From: Candidatus Norongarragalinales archaeon
GTDB lineage: Archaea > Micrarchaeota > Micrarchaeia > Norongarragalinales > Norongarragalinaceae
DNA length: 64,000 nucleotides
Direction: 5' to 3'
Assembly: GCA_038884755.1 (NCBI GenBank)
Contig: JAWABJ010000001.1
Span: 636,953 to 700,952 of the forward strand
Part shown: positions 50,000 to 59,759 of the stretch, piece after piece
How the letters are laid out: every line of letters starts with the position of its first letter
How positions within the stretch are numbered: the stretch's first letter is position 1
Notes under the pieces: model-generated
Seen by the model: the letters and a program-made list of their open reading frames with translations, nothing else
Databases searched by the model: none
Told to the model about the DNA's origin: nothing
Made by a program: the position numbers and the translations under genes

Positions 50000-51054
50000 T
50001 TACTCCTCCCCCTAAAGTACCCTTGGACTCCCCCACTCTCAAGCTCGGTAGTATTCCCTGCACGCCCATCCGTTGAGCGGATGGATTTCACAGGAAACTT
50101 GCCAAGCCGGCTACGGACGCTTTAAGCTCAATATTCGTGGATACCACTAGTTCTACCTGTGTTACCGCGGCGGCTGGCACAGGATTTACCCAGAACTTAT
50201 TCCACCGGCTATTCAAGCCGGTTAAAAGCCGACCTTTCGATCGGCACTCGGACTACCCCCATCACGCTTTCGCGCATTGTGGAATTTTCGCGCCTGCTGC
50301 ATCCCGTAGGACTCGGGCCCTTGTCTCAGTGCCCGTCTCGGGGCTCCTACTCCCATAGCCCCTACTGATTATAGGTTTGGTGGGCCGTTACCTCACCAAC
50401 AGCCTAATCAGCCGCAGTGCCATCTTACAGCAAACTTGCTCCAATTCGCTTTTTTTTCAACCGCCAACCGTTCCAGGTACGGCGGCCTATGGCGTGTTAC
50501 CCGCACTTTCGCGCGGTTATTCGCCTCTGTAAGGTAGGTTCACTACGTGTTACTGAGCCGTTTGCCGGGATTACAAGTGTAATCCCCAAACTTGCATGGC
50601 TTAGTCGTAATCCGATAGCAGTATCCTCCAGCAGGATCAACTGGTGTTGTCCTAACACCCGATTCGGGTGTTAGGACGGAGATCGCAAGAACTAACTTAT
50701 CTTGCGGAATGAGCGTCTTGCATAGAGTTATTTGCTCTCTTCTTCCCCTGCGTCGAACCCAAATGAGAATCGCTTGCCATCAGAGATGGAAGAACATAAT
50801 TCTTTGTTTGAGTGCCCATGATCGCTGTAGTAGTAAAAATAGCAACGCCAGTCATGGATTCACGCAGAGGCGAAAAACGCGATAGCAAGGCGTTTCTACG
50901 CTCTCAGATAAAGTCTTCTATGGCTTGCCGGGAACTACAGCATTAGAAAAAACACTCTTTCCGAAGAAAGAATGCCTTTATTAAATCGTCGAAAGGAGTT
51001 TAAAAAGCTTTTGAATCAACCGCGGGATGTAGCGCTTTGCAAGCGAAACAAATA

Positions 51055-51405
51055 CTACAATCCGCGAAACACGCCGGCGTATTTTTCCCTGCTTTTGAAA
51101 ACGATGAATTTTTTTCCGCGAGATTCGAAAAGAATGCTTTCGTTTTTCAAACGCGTCGCTTTCCCGATCCCGTCAGACGGGGAGATTAAAACCACGCTTT
51201 CGTCCTTGTTCAGCAAACCGTCGAGCAACACCACGCTTTCGGGGTTTTCCAACTTCGACTTTCGCAAGAGGAAAAACGCCTGCTCGAGGGAACTCGCATT
51301 GTCCGAACACAGCCATGCCACGTTTCCGGTGGAATTGCAAACCCCCCGGTACGCGTGGAAATGCACCGAAATCTGCCTGGGCTTTACGCTGACGACATGA
51401 TACAC
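51055..51405 (-). CDS. Hypothetical protein (start uncertain)
   Basis: 3' part of a long ORF; SD-like AGGTGG before GTG. Confidence 0.45.
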   Translation of the reverse strand: MYHVVSVKPRQISVHFHAYRGVCNSTGNVAWLCSDNASSLEQAFFLLRKSKLENPESVVLLDGLLNKDESVVLISPSDGIGKATRLKNESILFESRGKKFIVFKSREKYAGVFRGL

Positions 51406-51716
51406 ACTAACCACCTTTCCCGGAAATCCGCCCGAAACGCAAAACCCTTGAAGGGGGCGGTTTTCGGCTAGAAGGTCGAAGACCGCGAACTGCGCTAAAA
51501 AAGCAAATTTTCGGTTTGAAGACAAAAACCCAAGCCTAAAGGGTCGATAATAACAGCACCCGAGGCAAGGGGACTTTCTAACATTTTTAAAGTTTATAAA
51601 GTTTATTAAGCATTGGGGGGGAGTTCTTTTCATGCGCTCGCGCGGCTGCACCGAACGCGCCTCGAAAAAGTTTTTATTCGGCAAAAAGCTTATTCGCAAC
51701 AGGAGGATTGGGGCTT

Positions 51717-51833
51717 ATGGCAAAAAAACAATTGTTTTACCAGAACGCGAACACCACGGAAAGGCTGTTGGTTTTGATAGCGCTGTTCATGGCGATAATA
51801 GCGACTACGGGCGTAATCGCGCTGGCTTCTTAA
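51717..51833 (+). CDS. 38-aa single-TM small protein (not in ORF track)
   Basis: MAKKQLFYQNANTTERLLVLIALFMAIIATTGVIALAS; GGAGG upstream. Confidence 0.55.
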   Translation: MAKKQLFYQNANTTERLLVLIALFMAIIATTGVIALAS

Positions 51834-51878
51834 GGGGTTAAAGCCAGGAATTAAAAAAACTCGGCTAGTCTTAAAGTC

Positions 51879-52361
51879 ATGAAGAGCACGAAAAAACACG
51901 GAAAGCTCGAAACCGCTACTTTCGCGGCAGGCTGCTTTTGGGAGCCGCAACTCGTTTTCGACAACACGCCCGGCGTAATAGAAACGCAAGTGGGCTTCAC
52001 TGGGGGCAATGCGAAAAACCCGTCTTATTTGCTAGTGTGCACCGGCCTCACGGGGCATAGGGAAGTGGTGCAAGTTAAATTCGACCCGAAAATGATTCCT
52101 TACGAAAAGCTTTTGGAAATATTTTGGGAAGTGCACGATCCCACGCAGGCGAACGGGCAGGGAGTCAACGCCGGCAGCCAATACCGCGCCGCGGTTTTCT
52201 ACCACGGTGGAGAACAAAAAAAGCTGGCGGAAAAAACAAAAGCGGAATTGGAAAAAAAGGGAATGAAAATCGCTACGCAAATTCTCCCAGCGGGCGAGTT
52301 CTACCTGGCCGAGGAATACCACCAGAAGTACTTGCAAAAACGCGGGCTGAAAACTTGTTAG
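51879..52361 (+). CDS. msrA: Peptide methionine sulfoxide reductase A
   Basis: AGCFW, TGHREVV, HDPT, GSQYR, AEEYHQKY. Confidence 0.96.
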   Translation: MKSTKKHGKLETATFAAGCFWEPQLVFDNTPGVIETQVGFTGGNAKNPSYLLVCTGLTGHREVVQVKFDPKMIPYEKLLEIFWEVHDPTQANGQGVNAGSQYRAAVFYHGGEQKKLAEKTKAELEKKGMKIATQILPAGEFYLAEEYHQKYLQKRGLKTC

Positions 52362-52381
52362 TTGAAAAATAGTGGTTTAAA

Positions 52382-52702
52382 ATGCGTTGGAGCATCGCAC
52401 ATTCTGTCAGCGGGATGGAACAGCACGTAGTGAAGATAATTAGAAATGAATCGGAAAAAGGGCCAGTCGTAGTGCATGAAATTTCATTCAGGAGGGCTTC
52501 ACTCAATTGGCCTCCTAAAAGAAGGGAAATGCCGTGGAGTGAAGCGAAAGAAGACCTTTTGCATAAGGAAACAGTTCATGCAAAAACGCCTGAAGAAGCG
52601 GCAGAAAAATTCGTGCAAATACTTAATGAAAATGTATTTGGAATCACAAAAGACACTAGCGATTACTACCGTGATTTGCTGAAAGAAATGATTAAAGACT
52701 GA
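52382..52702 (+). CDS. Hypothetical protein, AT-rich, abutting the tRNA-Leu 3' end
   Basis: 106-aa ORF; no recognisable motif. Confidence 0.5.
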   Translation: MRWSIAHSVSGMEQHVVKIIRNESEKGPVVVHEISFRRASLNWPPKRREMPWSEAKEDLLHKETVHAKTPEEAAEKFVQILNENVFGITKDTSDYYRDLLKEMIKD

Positions 52703-52703
52703 G

Positions 52704-52788
52704 TGCAGGGGGAGAGATTTGAACTCCCGAACCCCTAAGGGAGCGGGTCCTAAACCCGCCGCGTTTGACCAAGCTCCGCCACCCCTGC
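52704..52788 (-). tRNA. tRNA-Leu(UAG)
   Basis: GCAGGGG/CCCCTGC; anticodon loop TTTAGGA; long variable arm. Confidence 0.96.
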
Positions 52789-53028
52789 GCGAAAATAATC
52801 TGTTTGAGAGGGAATTTAATTGCGAAAGGCGGCGTGCGGGTGAAAAGGCTCAGCCGCGTTTGACAAATCGCCTGAGAATCCAGGTCTTCACCTTGTCCAA
52901 AACTGGCTTTTGCTGAACTTGTTTTGAGCTTCGCTCGGAGTTTCGAAAATTTTTGAGACCTGTGAAACCAGCGCTCTTGGCTTCAAAAGGTTTCTTTCGG
53001 GATTTCAAAGGCTCTTGCGTCAAGCGGT

Positions 53029-53754
53029 TCACCCGTACATGGGGTTTTGCTGCATTTGCTGGTAGTTCTGGTGCATGGCCTGCATTTTCTCTATCGCGTC
53101 TTTCATGTTTTGCTCTACCTGCTTTCCTTCGCTCACCAGCTGTTTGGTATCCACTTTCAGCCCGGCAAGCTTTGCGACGACATCCAAAAGCCTGGCCGCG
53201 CCCAACGGGTCCAACGGCTTGTTGGTTTCCACCATCAAGTTCGCGGCGGGAAACTTTTGCGCCGCGCACTCGGCAATCAGCACGCCAGACACGCCTTGCG
53301 TCGCGCCTTCCTTAATCAAGTCAATGCCGCTTGCGCGCAAGGCATTTTGAACTTCGGGAGTGGAGGCTATGCCGTGCACTTTTTCAGACGGCGTTTCCAA
53401 CGCAATGCCTGCGAGACTGTAGACGGCTTTAGCTTTTTTCGCTTTCGCGAAATCTATCAGCTCGCGAGCCAGGGGCAGGACTATGTCGGCGGGAATCACG
53501 AATTCCGAAAACACCACTATCAGGTTGTCTTGTTCGCTCGCGTAAATGCGAGCTGGGGAAACGGGCTTGAAGTCGTGGATTGCGGCGATTGGGGGAAAGT
53601 GAGAGGAGGAAAGGTAGCCCGCGAGCTTCATGCTCGGGCGCGAGGCGAGGAAAGACGCGCCTATCGGCCCTATCATTCCTACGCCGGGAAACCCTTCGAC
53701 GATGACGGGATTTTTCAGCGAAATTTTTTCCATTTCCCTTATTTCGACAATCAT
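53029..53754 (-). CDS. PAC2 family proteasome assembly chaperone
   Basis: VEGFPGVGMIG, FPP, GVSGVL, DPLGAARL, C-terminal HbYX MYG. Confidence 0.9.
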   Translation of the reverse strand: MIVEIREMEKISLKNPVIVEGFPGVGMIGPIGASFLASRPSMKLAGYLSSSHFPPIAAIHDFKPVSPARIYASEQDNLIVVFSEFVIPADIVLPLARELIDFAKAKKAKAVYSLAGIALETPSEKVHGIASTPEVQNALRASGIDLIKEGATQGVSGVLIAECAAQKFPAANLMVETNKPLDPLGAARLLDVVAKLAGLKVDTKQLVSEGKQVEQNMKDAIEKMQAMHQNYQQMQQNPMYG

Positions 53755-53787
53755 TGAGACACCGCTCAAGGCATTATCTCGACGGCA

Positions 53788-54498
53788 TTATAATAGTATT
53801 GCGCCGCGCACGAGGTTGAACAAAAACAGCGATAACGGCGCCATCACGGAAAAATACAACAGGGCTTTCTTGGTTTTTTCTTCCAGGCGGGCGACGAAAA
53901 CGCTCGAGACAAACGCGAAAACAATCAAATACGCTTGAGTCGCCAAAAGCACGGTTTCGCGCATTCGCAAGTCGGGCTTCAAGTCCAGCAGTTCGACCGT
54001 AAACCCTTCCTGGAGGGAAGAGGAAATGTTGAACAACAGCGCCAAAACCATCGGAACCAGCACGCTTCCGCCTATAAGCAGCGTGTATTTCTGGAGAGCC
54101 AGCGCGGACGAAGTTTCCCGGACTATTTCCTGGAGTGAGTAAACGTCTTCCGCGACTTCCTTGAACATTTTCCCGGAGTTGGAAGCCCCCGAGCTGTAGA
54201 ATTTCAAGACCAAATCACAAGCCCGTTGCAAGAGCATGGATGAATTCCGTTTTTTCATCTCATCTAACGCTTGCCTGACTGAGTAGCCGGTGCGGATTCT
54301 TTCCAACGCAAGGGCAAACTCTTCGCTCAAGGCGCCGCAGTCCGACTGCGCTATTGCTTCGAGCATTTTTTCTATGGGAGAGTTGGACGGGAAGGACGCG
54401 ATTTGGAAAAGAGCCTGCGGCAGCAAGTCATCTATCTCCTTCTGCCTCTTTTCCTTCCGGTACTCGTCTGCGAGGCTGCTTAGAAACCACAAACGCAT
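53788..54498 (-). CDS. Type II secretion/Tad platform protein (T2SSF, TadC-like)
   Basis: IDDLLPQAL, GALSEEF, G.S..QAL. Confidence 0.85.
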   Translation of the reverse strand: MRLWFLSSLADEYRKEKRQKEIDDLLPQALFQIASFPSNSPIEKMLEAIAQSDCGALSEEFALALERIRTGYSVRQALDEMKKRNSSMLLQRACDLVLKFYSSGASNSGKMFKEVAEDVYSLQEIVRETSSALALQKYTLLIGGSVLVPMVLALLFNISSSLQEGFTVELLDLKPDLRMRETVLLATQAYLIVFAFVSSVFVARLEEKTKKALLYFSVMAPLSLFLFNLVRGAILL

Positions 54499-54499
54499 T

Positions 54500-55324
54500 T
54501 CACAACACCTTGGGCTTTGCTTCACTCAAGTAAAACAAGATTGCGAAATCTGCAAGCGGGAAAACTATCACGAAAAAAACCACTATGTCCGCGGTGGTGA
54601 AAGTCAAGGAAAGGAAGGAAGAGCCTATCATCACGTACGCGGAAAACAGCGCGGGGACTATCGTGCTTGCCGCTATGAACAGCAAGCCGAAAAACGCTTG
54701 TTTTGCCGCGAACTCGCGGCTTTTTACTCGCTGTTGTTGGATCAACTCGTCGGCAAGCTTTTTCATCTCCTCGTCCGCGAAACCGTGCTCGTAGGAAAAG
54801 CAAAGCTGCATCACCGCGCGTTTCACTTGAATGCTGTCGACTCTGTCGGAAAAACGAAGCAAGGCGCTTTGCACCGAATGCCCGCGCTTGAATTCCGCGC
54901 AAACGCGCGCCAATTCCTCGCCCAGCGCTCCGAAACCGCTGGCTCCGCCTTCAAGCGTTTTTTCAAAGGCGGTTGCCAGGCTCAAGTCCACGGCTGCACC
55001 CCGCAAAAACAAGGGCAAGTCCCTTTCGATTTCCGCAGCACGGCGTTTTTTCAAAAACCAAGGCAGGTAAAGCGATGCTGCAAAGACCGCGGAAAAAACC
55101 GGGAGTGAAAACGAAAGGGCTGCAACCGCATCGGACAAGGCGAGTGAAAATGCGAGTGAAACCGCGCCAAGCGCCAAAGCGAACGAAAAGCAAAACGAAG
55201 AGTACACCCGCGCGTCGAAATCCAATGAAGACTGGAGCAAATCCTTTTCCAGTTTTTTCAGCGAATGCCCGTCGAGGGGACAGGGGATTAGTGAAAACCC
55301 TTCCACAAGCGAGCGAAAGTTCAA
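54500..55324 (-). CDS. Type II secretion/Tad platform protein (T2SSF, TadB-like)
   Basis: IERDLPLFLR, FGALGEEL, RVDS; TM segments. Confidence 0.85.
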   Translation of the reverse strand: MNFRSLVEGFSLIPCPLDGHSLKKLEKDLLQSSLDFDARVYSSFCFSFALALGAVSLAFSLALSDAVAALSFSLPVFSAVFAASLYLPWFLKKRRAAEIERDLPLFLRGAAVDLSLATAFEKTLEGGASGFGALGEELARVCAEFKRGHSVQSALLRFSDRVDSIQVKRAVMQLCFSYEHGFADEEMKKLADELIQQQRVKSREFAAKQAFFGLLFIAASTIVPALFSAYVMIGSSFLSLTFTTADIVVFFVIVFPLADFAILFYLSEAKPKVL

Positions 55325-56679
55325 AGCCACTCTGCCCCCAGCCCGAACGCAAACTCTTGCGCTTTCAAAGTGAAGTCTTTGAAGCCTGCAAAGCGGGTTT
55401 TTTTCAAGAAAGATTTCCTTCGGGCGACTTCCCGCCAAAACTCCCTTAGGGAAAAACCGTAGTTTTGCAGGGTTTTTTCGGCCACCGCGCTGCATTTCAA
55501 CCCCTTGCATTCGTTGAGAACTCCGCTCGCGTCGAGGGAAAACAAAAACCGTGGCTTTGAATTTTTGACTTCGGCGATTTCAGTTACCTTGCGCATTTCC
55601 CTCGCTTTTTTTGCCTTCAAGTCGAAAAAAGAAATGCGTTTTTGCACTAAAACCAGGTCAACCGCGTCCAAATCGCCTTCGTCCACTCCGAACGCCTTGA
55701 GGCGGGACATCACGTCTAGCGAGGATTTCGAGTGGAAAGTGAAGAAAGAGCCTTTAGCCTGTCCGGCCAAAAGCGAATCCAACAGCCCTTCGGCCTCGGC
55801 CTTACTGCGCACTTCTCCCACGACCACGCGATCCGGCCTCATCCTCAAAGTGTCCCGCACTAAATCCTTCAAGCTCGCGCCGGCATCTTCGCTTGCAATC
55901 ATTTTCACCACGTGTTTTTGCAGCAAAAACAACTCTGGAGTTTCTTCCGCGACGATTATCCGCTCGTTCAACGGAACGAACGAAAACAAGGCGTTGAGCG
56001 TGGTGGTTTTACCGCTGCCCGTGTTGCCTGCAATGCAAAGCGAAACGTCCCCGTACAGCACAGTCCAGAGGAAGGCGAGCGCGTCAACGGAAACCGTGCC
56101 GAAATCGGCCAGCTCCCTCGCGTTCAGCGGGTTTCGCAAAAACTTTCGTATGGAAAGCTCCACGCCGTCGAGGCAGACGGGAGGAATGCTCGCGTGCAAC
56201 CGCGACCCGTCGGGAAGCACGGCGTTCAAGCGCGGGTTTTTCAGCGTCACCCTCCGCCCCAGTGGACGCGCGATCTTGTTCACCGCGTTTACGGCGTGCT
56301 CTTCGCTCGTGAAAAACGCGTTCGTCTCCAGCCAACCTTTTTTCCGGTGGAAAACGAAAACAGGCTTTCCCACGCCTATTACCGAAATTTCCTCGAGCTC
56401 GTCGTCCGCCAGGAGGAAGTCGAGTACTCCCAGCCCCTCGACACAGTTTTTTGCTATGCCGATTATTTTCTCCCCGCTCGCCTTCTCGAGGATAATGTTT
56501 TTCTCTTCGCATAATGCCCGCAAGAGCGAATGCAGGCCGCGCGAAGGCTCGCGCAAGAGCAGCTGAAGCAATTGCGAGAGTATCTCGTCCTCGCGTTCCG
56601 TCAATTCGATTGGTGGCACGAAATAAGGCGTTTTTTCTCTTGCGAGTTTCCAACCGAATTTTTCTTCAACGCTTTTCAA
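55321..56679 (-). CDS. Type IV pilus/T2SS assembly ATPase (VirB11/CpaF)
   Basis: GNTGSGKTT, EETPEL, LRMRPDRVVVGEVR, TFH. Confidence 0.94.
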   Translation of the reverse strand: MKSVEEKFGWKLAREKTPYFVPPIELTEREDEILSQLLQLLLREPSRGLHSLLRALCEEKNIILEKASGEKIIGIAKNCVEGLGVLDFLLADDELEEISVIGVGKPVFVFHRKKGWLETNAFFTSEEHAVNAVNKIARPLGRRVTLKNPRLNAVLPDGSRLHASIPPVCLDGVELSIRKFLRNPLNARELADFGTVSVDALAFLWTVLYGDVSLCIAGNTGSGKTTTLNALFSFVPLNERIIVAEETPELFLLQKHVVKMIASEDAGASLKDLVRDTLRMRPDRVVVGEVRSKAEAEGLLDSLLAGQAKGSFFTFHSKSSLDVMSRLKAFGVDEGDLDAVDLVLVQKRISFFDLKAKKAREMRKVTEIAEVKNSKPRFLFSLDASGVLNECKGLKCSAVAEKTLQNYGFSLREFWREVARRKSFLKKTRFAGFKDFTLKAQEFAFGLGAEWL

Positions 56680-57041
56680 CTGGATTTACGTTCTCCGGGG
56701 TTCCAGGAAAGCCTTTGCCCGACGCGCACTTTTGCGCTCCCGCCGGGAGGAAGTTCAATCAAAAAAAATGCAGGCTTGGAAGGCGTGACGAACAGCCTCC
56801 ACGGCTTTATGCGCTTGAAAACGCAAACCACCCGCTTTCGCGAGTCGAGGAAAACAGCGTCGAAAACCGGGCAGAAAAACGAGTGGATGGCGTTGCGCTT
56901 TACGCCTTCAGAATCGAACTCGAACAACAGGGAAAACGCCTTGCGTTTAAACATCAAGCCAATTGTTTTTTCAAGCGGGGTTGACGCTTGGAAAGCATTC
57001 CACAATAGCTTGTTGTTCTTGAAAATCGCAACCTTGCGCAT
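56676..57041 (-). CDS. DUF192 family protein
   Basis: GLMF, IHSFF, DAVFLD, KPW, IELP. Confidence 0.85.
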   Translation of the reverse strand: MRKVAIFKNNKLLWNAFQASTPLEKTIGLMFKRKAFSLLFEFDSEGVKRNAIHSFFCPVFDAVFLDSRKRVVCVFKRIKPWRLFVTPSKPAFFLIELPPGGSAKVRVGQRLSWNPGERKSS

Positions 57042-57094
57042 CTGAAAACCATTAGCAGGCAAGAGTTAAAAAGACTTTCAAGAGTTATCTACTC

Positions 57095-57784
57095 ATGCGC
57101 AAACTCTCTCACCTTGCCATTACTCCGGACGGCAACCGCAGGTATGCGGCGAAGCACAGGCTTTCTTTCCAACAGGCGTACAAGGCGGGATTCGACAAGA
57201 TCAAGGAGGTCCTTGAATGGAGCGAAGAGCCCGAACGCATCACGCTTTGGGCCATGTCTCTGGACAACCTTTTGAAACGCTCTGCGTTCGAAAAAAAGAT
57301 TTTGTTCAAACTGATGGCGCGGCACGTGCAGGAGAGCATCAACACCCAGCAGTTTTCCGATGAAGGCGTGAAAGTGAGTTTTTTCGGAAGGCGGGATTTG
57401 CTTCCGCGCGAGTTGAACGCGCGTTTCGAAGCGTTGGAAAGACAGACTGAAGGCGGTGGAAAACAGTTGAACATAGCGATCGCATACTCGGGAAGGGACG
57501 AGATTTTGAGCGCGGCGAAATCGCTCGCTTTCGACGCGAAAGCGGGAAGAATCGACCCGAGCGGGTTGAAAGAAAGCGATTTCGAAAAATACTTGTATTG
57601 CAGCGATTCGCCCGACCTCGTGATACGCACTGGAGACGCGCAACGCCTTTCCGGGCTGATGCCGTGGCAGACGGCGTACAGCGAAATCTACTTTTCCAAA
57701 AAACTCTGGCCGGAATTCGGCAAAAGCGATTACGCCGACGCCATTAGATTCTATCGCGAGACCGAAAGCCGCAAGGGAAAATAA
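57095..57784 (+). CDS. uppS: cis-Polyprenyl diphosphate synthase
   Basis: HLAITPDGNRR, AYSGRDEI, PDLVIRTG..RLSG..PWQ..YSE. Confidence 0.95.
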   Translation: MRKLSHLAITPDGNRRYAAKHRLSFQQAYKAGFDKIKEVLEWSEEPERITLWAMSLDNLLKRSAFEKKILFKLMARHVQESINTQQFSDEGVKVSFFGRRDLLPRELNARFEALERQTEGGGKQLNIAIAYSGRDEILSAAKSLAFDAKAGRIDPSGLKESDFEKYLYCSDSPDLVIRTGDAQRLSGLMPWQTAYSEIYFSKKLWPEFGKSDYADAIRFYRETESRKGK

Positions 57785-57934
57785 AACTCACTTGAATTTT
57801 ATTATCCTGCGTGGCACTTCAAGGCGCTCTGCCAAGCCTTTGCGCGCGGCATCTTGCTCGCTTGAAGCAAAAAGAATGCTCTTTCCCTGCCAAAAAGGTG
57901 GCTTTTCACCACTATCGCAGTCTATTATAAATAA

Positions 57935-59023
57935 TTAATGGCTCTTGAAAACGAAATCCATGTCCCCGATTCTTTCCAGCGCAAAAGGAACTCCGGAAAG
58001 CTTTGCAAACGCGAAAGCGAAATCCAAGCCAACGTTGGGCAAAGAAAACAACTTCGAGTGCAAAAGCCAATGCATTCGGAAAGTCTTTTCGTACGCTTTT
58101 CTCCAGCGTTGTTCGTAGTCCAAAACGCCGTTCTCGAAATAATTTTCAATCGCACTCGCCGCTTGTTGCCCGCACAACCCGCCGAAAACAATCCCTCCCC
58201 CAGTCGTGGATTTTACTTGTCCCGCCGCGTCGCCCACCAAAATGACAGAATCTTTTTGCGTTTTCGAACGCGGGAATAGGGGAATCGAGTAGTTGAACTC
58301 CCGCCCTTTCTTTTTCTCTTCCCCTAAACCCATTTTTTTCAAAAGCTTTCTTTTTCCCGAGTTCAATGCCGAAGGGTTCGTCGTAGCGAGCCCCACGCGC
58401 GCCGTGCTTTCGTTAACCGGGACAGACCACGCGAAAAAGTTGGGCGCGATCGACTGGTCGAGAAAAACGTGAACTTTGTCCGGCGTCTCTTGCGTGAATG
58501 AATATTCGGCTTCCCAAGCGGAAGCGAAGCGTCTGAAAGGTGGAAGGCCGCTTTCGCGCGCCACGAACGAACCCAAGCCGTCAGCACCCACGACCACCCG
58601 CGAGTGAAACTCGCCTGACGGCGTTGTTATGCTCAATCCGCCGTTTTGCGAGAGTTTTCTCGCGCCGGCGTTCAAAAACAACTCCGCGCCTTTGTTTATA
58701 GCCTCGCCCACGCACTTTTCGTCGAACGCCTGGCGGTCGAGGACAAACGCGACCGGCGTTTTGGTTTGCACTGAAAACGAGACGCGCGGCGAATGCACTA
58801 TCGCGCCGTGGATTTCGTTCAAAACTGTTTTCTTGAAGTCCACGCCAATGCGTTCAAGCCCGCTGGCGGAAACGAGCGCGGTGCACTTGTTGAACTTGCC
58901 CGGGCGCGCGTGTTCTTCCAAAAGCGCGACGCTAGCGCCCTTGCTTGCTATTGCTCTTGCGGTCATTCCACCGACGCAAGACGCGCCCACTACTACGCAA
59001 TCGAATTTTTTCGTTCCAACCAC
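57935..59023 (-). CDS. Geranylgeranyl reductase family flavoprotein
   Basis: Rossmann start, LDR..FD, GADG.GS, FAWSVP, LVGDAAGQVK..TGGG. Confidence 0.88.
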   Translation of the reverse strand: MVGTKKFDCVVVGASCVGGMTARAIASKGASVALLEEHARPGKFNKCTALVSASGLERIGVDFKKTVLNEIHGAIVHSPRVSFSVQTKTPVAFVLDRQAFDEKCVGEAINKGAELFLNAGARKLSQNGGLSITTPSGEFHSRVVVGADGLGSFVARESGLPPFRRFASAWEAEYSFTQETPDKVHVFLDQSIAPNFFAWSVPVNESTARVGLATTNPSALNSGKRKLLKKMGLGEEKKKGREFNYSIPLFPRSKTQKDSVILVGDAAGQVKSTTGGGIVFGGLCGQQAASAIENYFENGVLDYEQRWRKAYEKTFRMHWLLHSKLFSLPNVGLDFAFAFAKLSGVPFALERIGDMDFVFKSH

Positions 59024-59035
59024 TCTTCCTGCAAT

Positions 59036-59749
59036 TTAGTTTGAAGCGCGGAGTTTTAAGAGCGTTGCGAACATTTTCAGCGCGGTTTTCAGCCCGTTGG
59101 CGTAGGTTATGGTCCCGCCTTCGCGCATGTGCCACTCCACCGGAATTTCCTCAACTCGCAAGCCTAGTTTTTTCGCCTGGAAAAGCATGTCTACGTCCCA
59201 AACGAAATTCGACGTCCTGATTCTCGGCAAGAGCTTTTCCAAAGCGCTTTTCCTGAATGCCTTGAAGCCGCATTGCGTATCCGCGTAAGGAAGCCCGAAC
59301 AAGAGTCTTTCCAACATATTGAAAGCTTTGGCTGCAAGCAGCCTGCCTGCCGGAATCTCGGTTTTAGAAGACGGCATATAGCGGGAGGCGATTGCAATGT
59401 CGCTTTTCTCCAACGCCTTCAGCAATTTCGGCATTTCCTTTGCGGGAACGGAATAATCGGCATCCATAAAGAAAACCATGTCCGCCTTCGCATGCGCCAG
59501 ACCCTCGTTCAGCGCGCCGCCTTTTCCCAGCCTGCGTTTGAAAACCAAAAGCTTGATTTTTCCCGCCGCATCGAGCGAATTGGCGCGCGCGAACTTTTTC
59601 GCTACAGACGGCGTCGAGTCCGTGCCGTCGAAAACTATCAACACTTCGAAATCCCACTTTGCTTGCTTCAAAAAACCTATCAAGCCTTCTAGGGTTTGGA
59701 GAATGCGTTTTTCCTCGTTGTAAGCCGGAATCACGATTGAAATCTTCAA
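59036..59749 (-). CDS. GT2 dolichyl-phosphate glycosyltransferase
   Basis: VIPAYNE, GKGGA, DAD, DTQCGFK. Confidence 0.92.
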   Translation of the reverse strand: MKISIVIPAYNEEKRILQTLEGLIGFLKQAKWDFEVLIVFDGTDSTPSVAKKFARANSLDAAGKIKLLVFKRRLGKGGALNEGLAHAKADMVFFMDADYSVPAKEMPKLLKALEKSDIAIASRYMPSSKTEIPAGRLLAAKAFNMLERLLFGLPYADTQCGFKAFRKSALEKLLPRIRTSNFVWDVDMLFQAKKLGLRVEEIPVEWHMREGGTITYANGLKTALKMFATLLKLRASN

Positions 59750-59759
59750 GCCAACACCA

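Noticed and set aside
50430..50460. Extra hairpin and A-run in the 16S V2 region
   Set aside because: Lies in a variable helix and no BHB found; treated as an expansion, not an intron
51580..51625. AT-rich AAAGTTTA repeats and a G-run as a possible replication origin
   Set aside because: No full ORB repeats or adjacent orc1/cdc6; better explained as divergent TATA boxes
52850..53023. Possible short basic ORF between PAC2 and tRNA-Leu
   Set aside because: Weak start, no motif; cannot be supported
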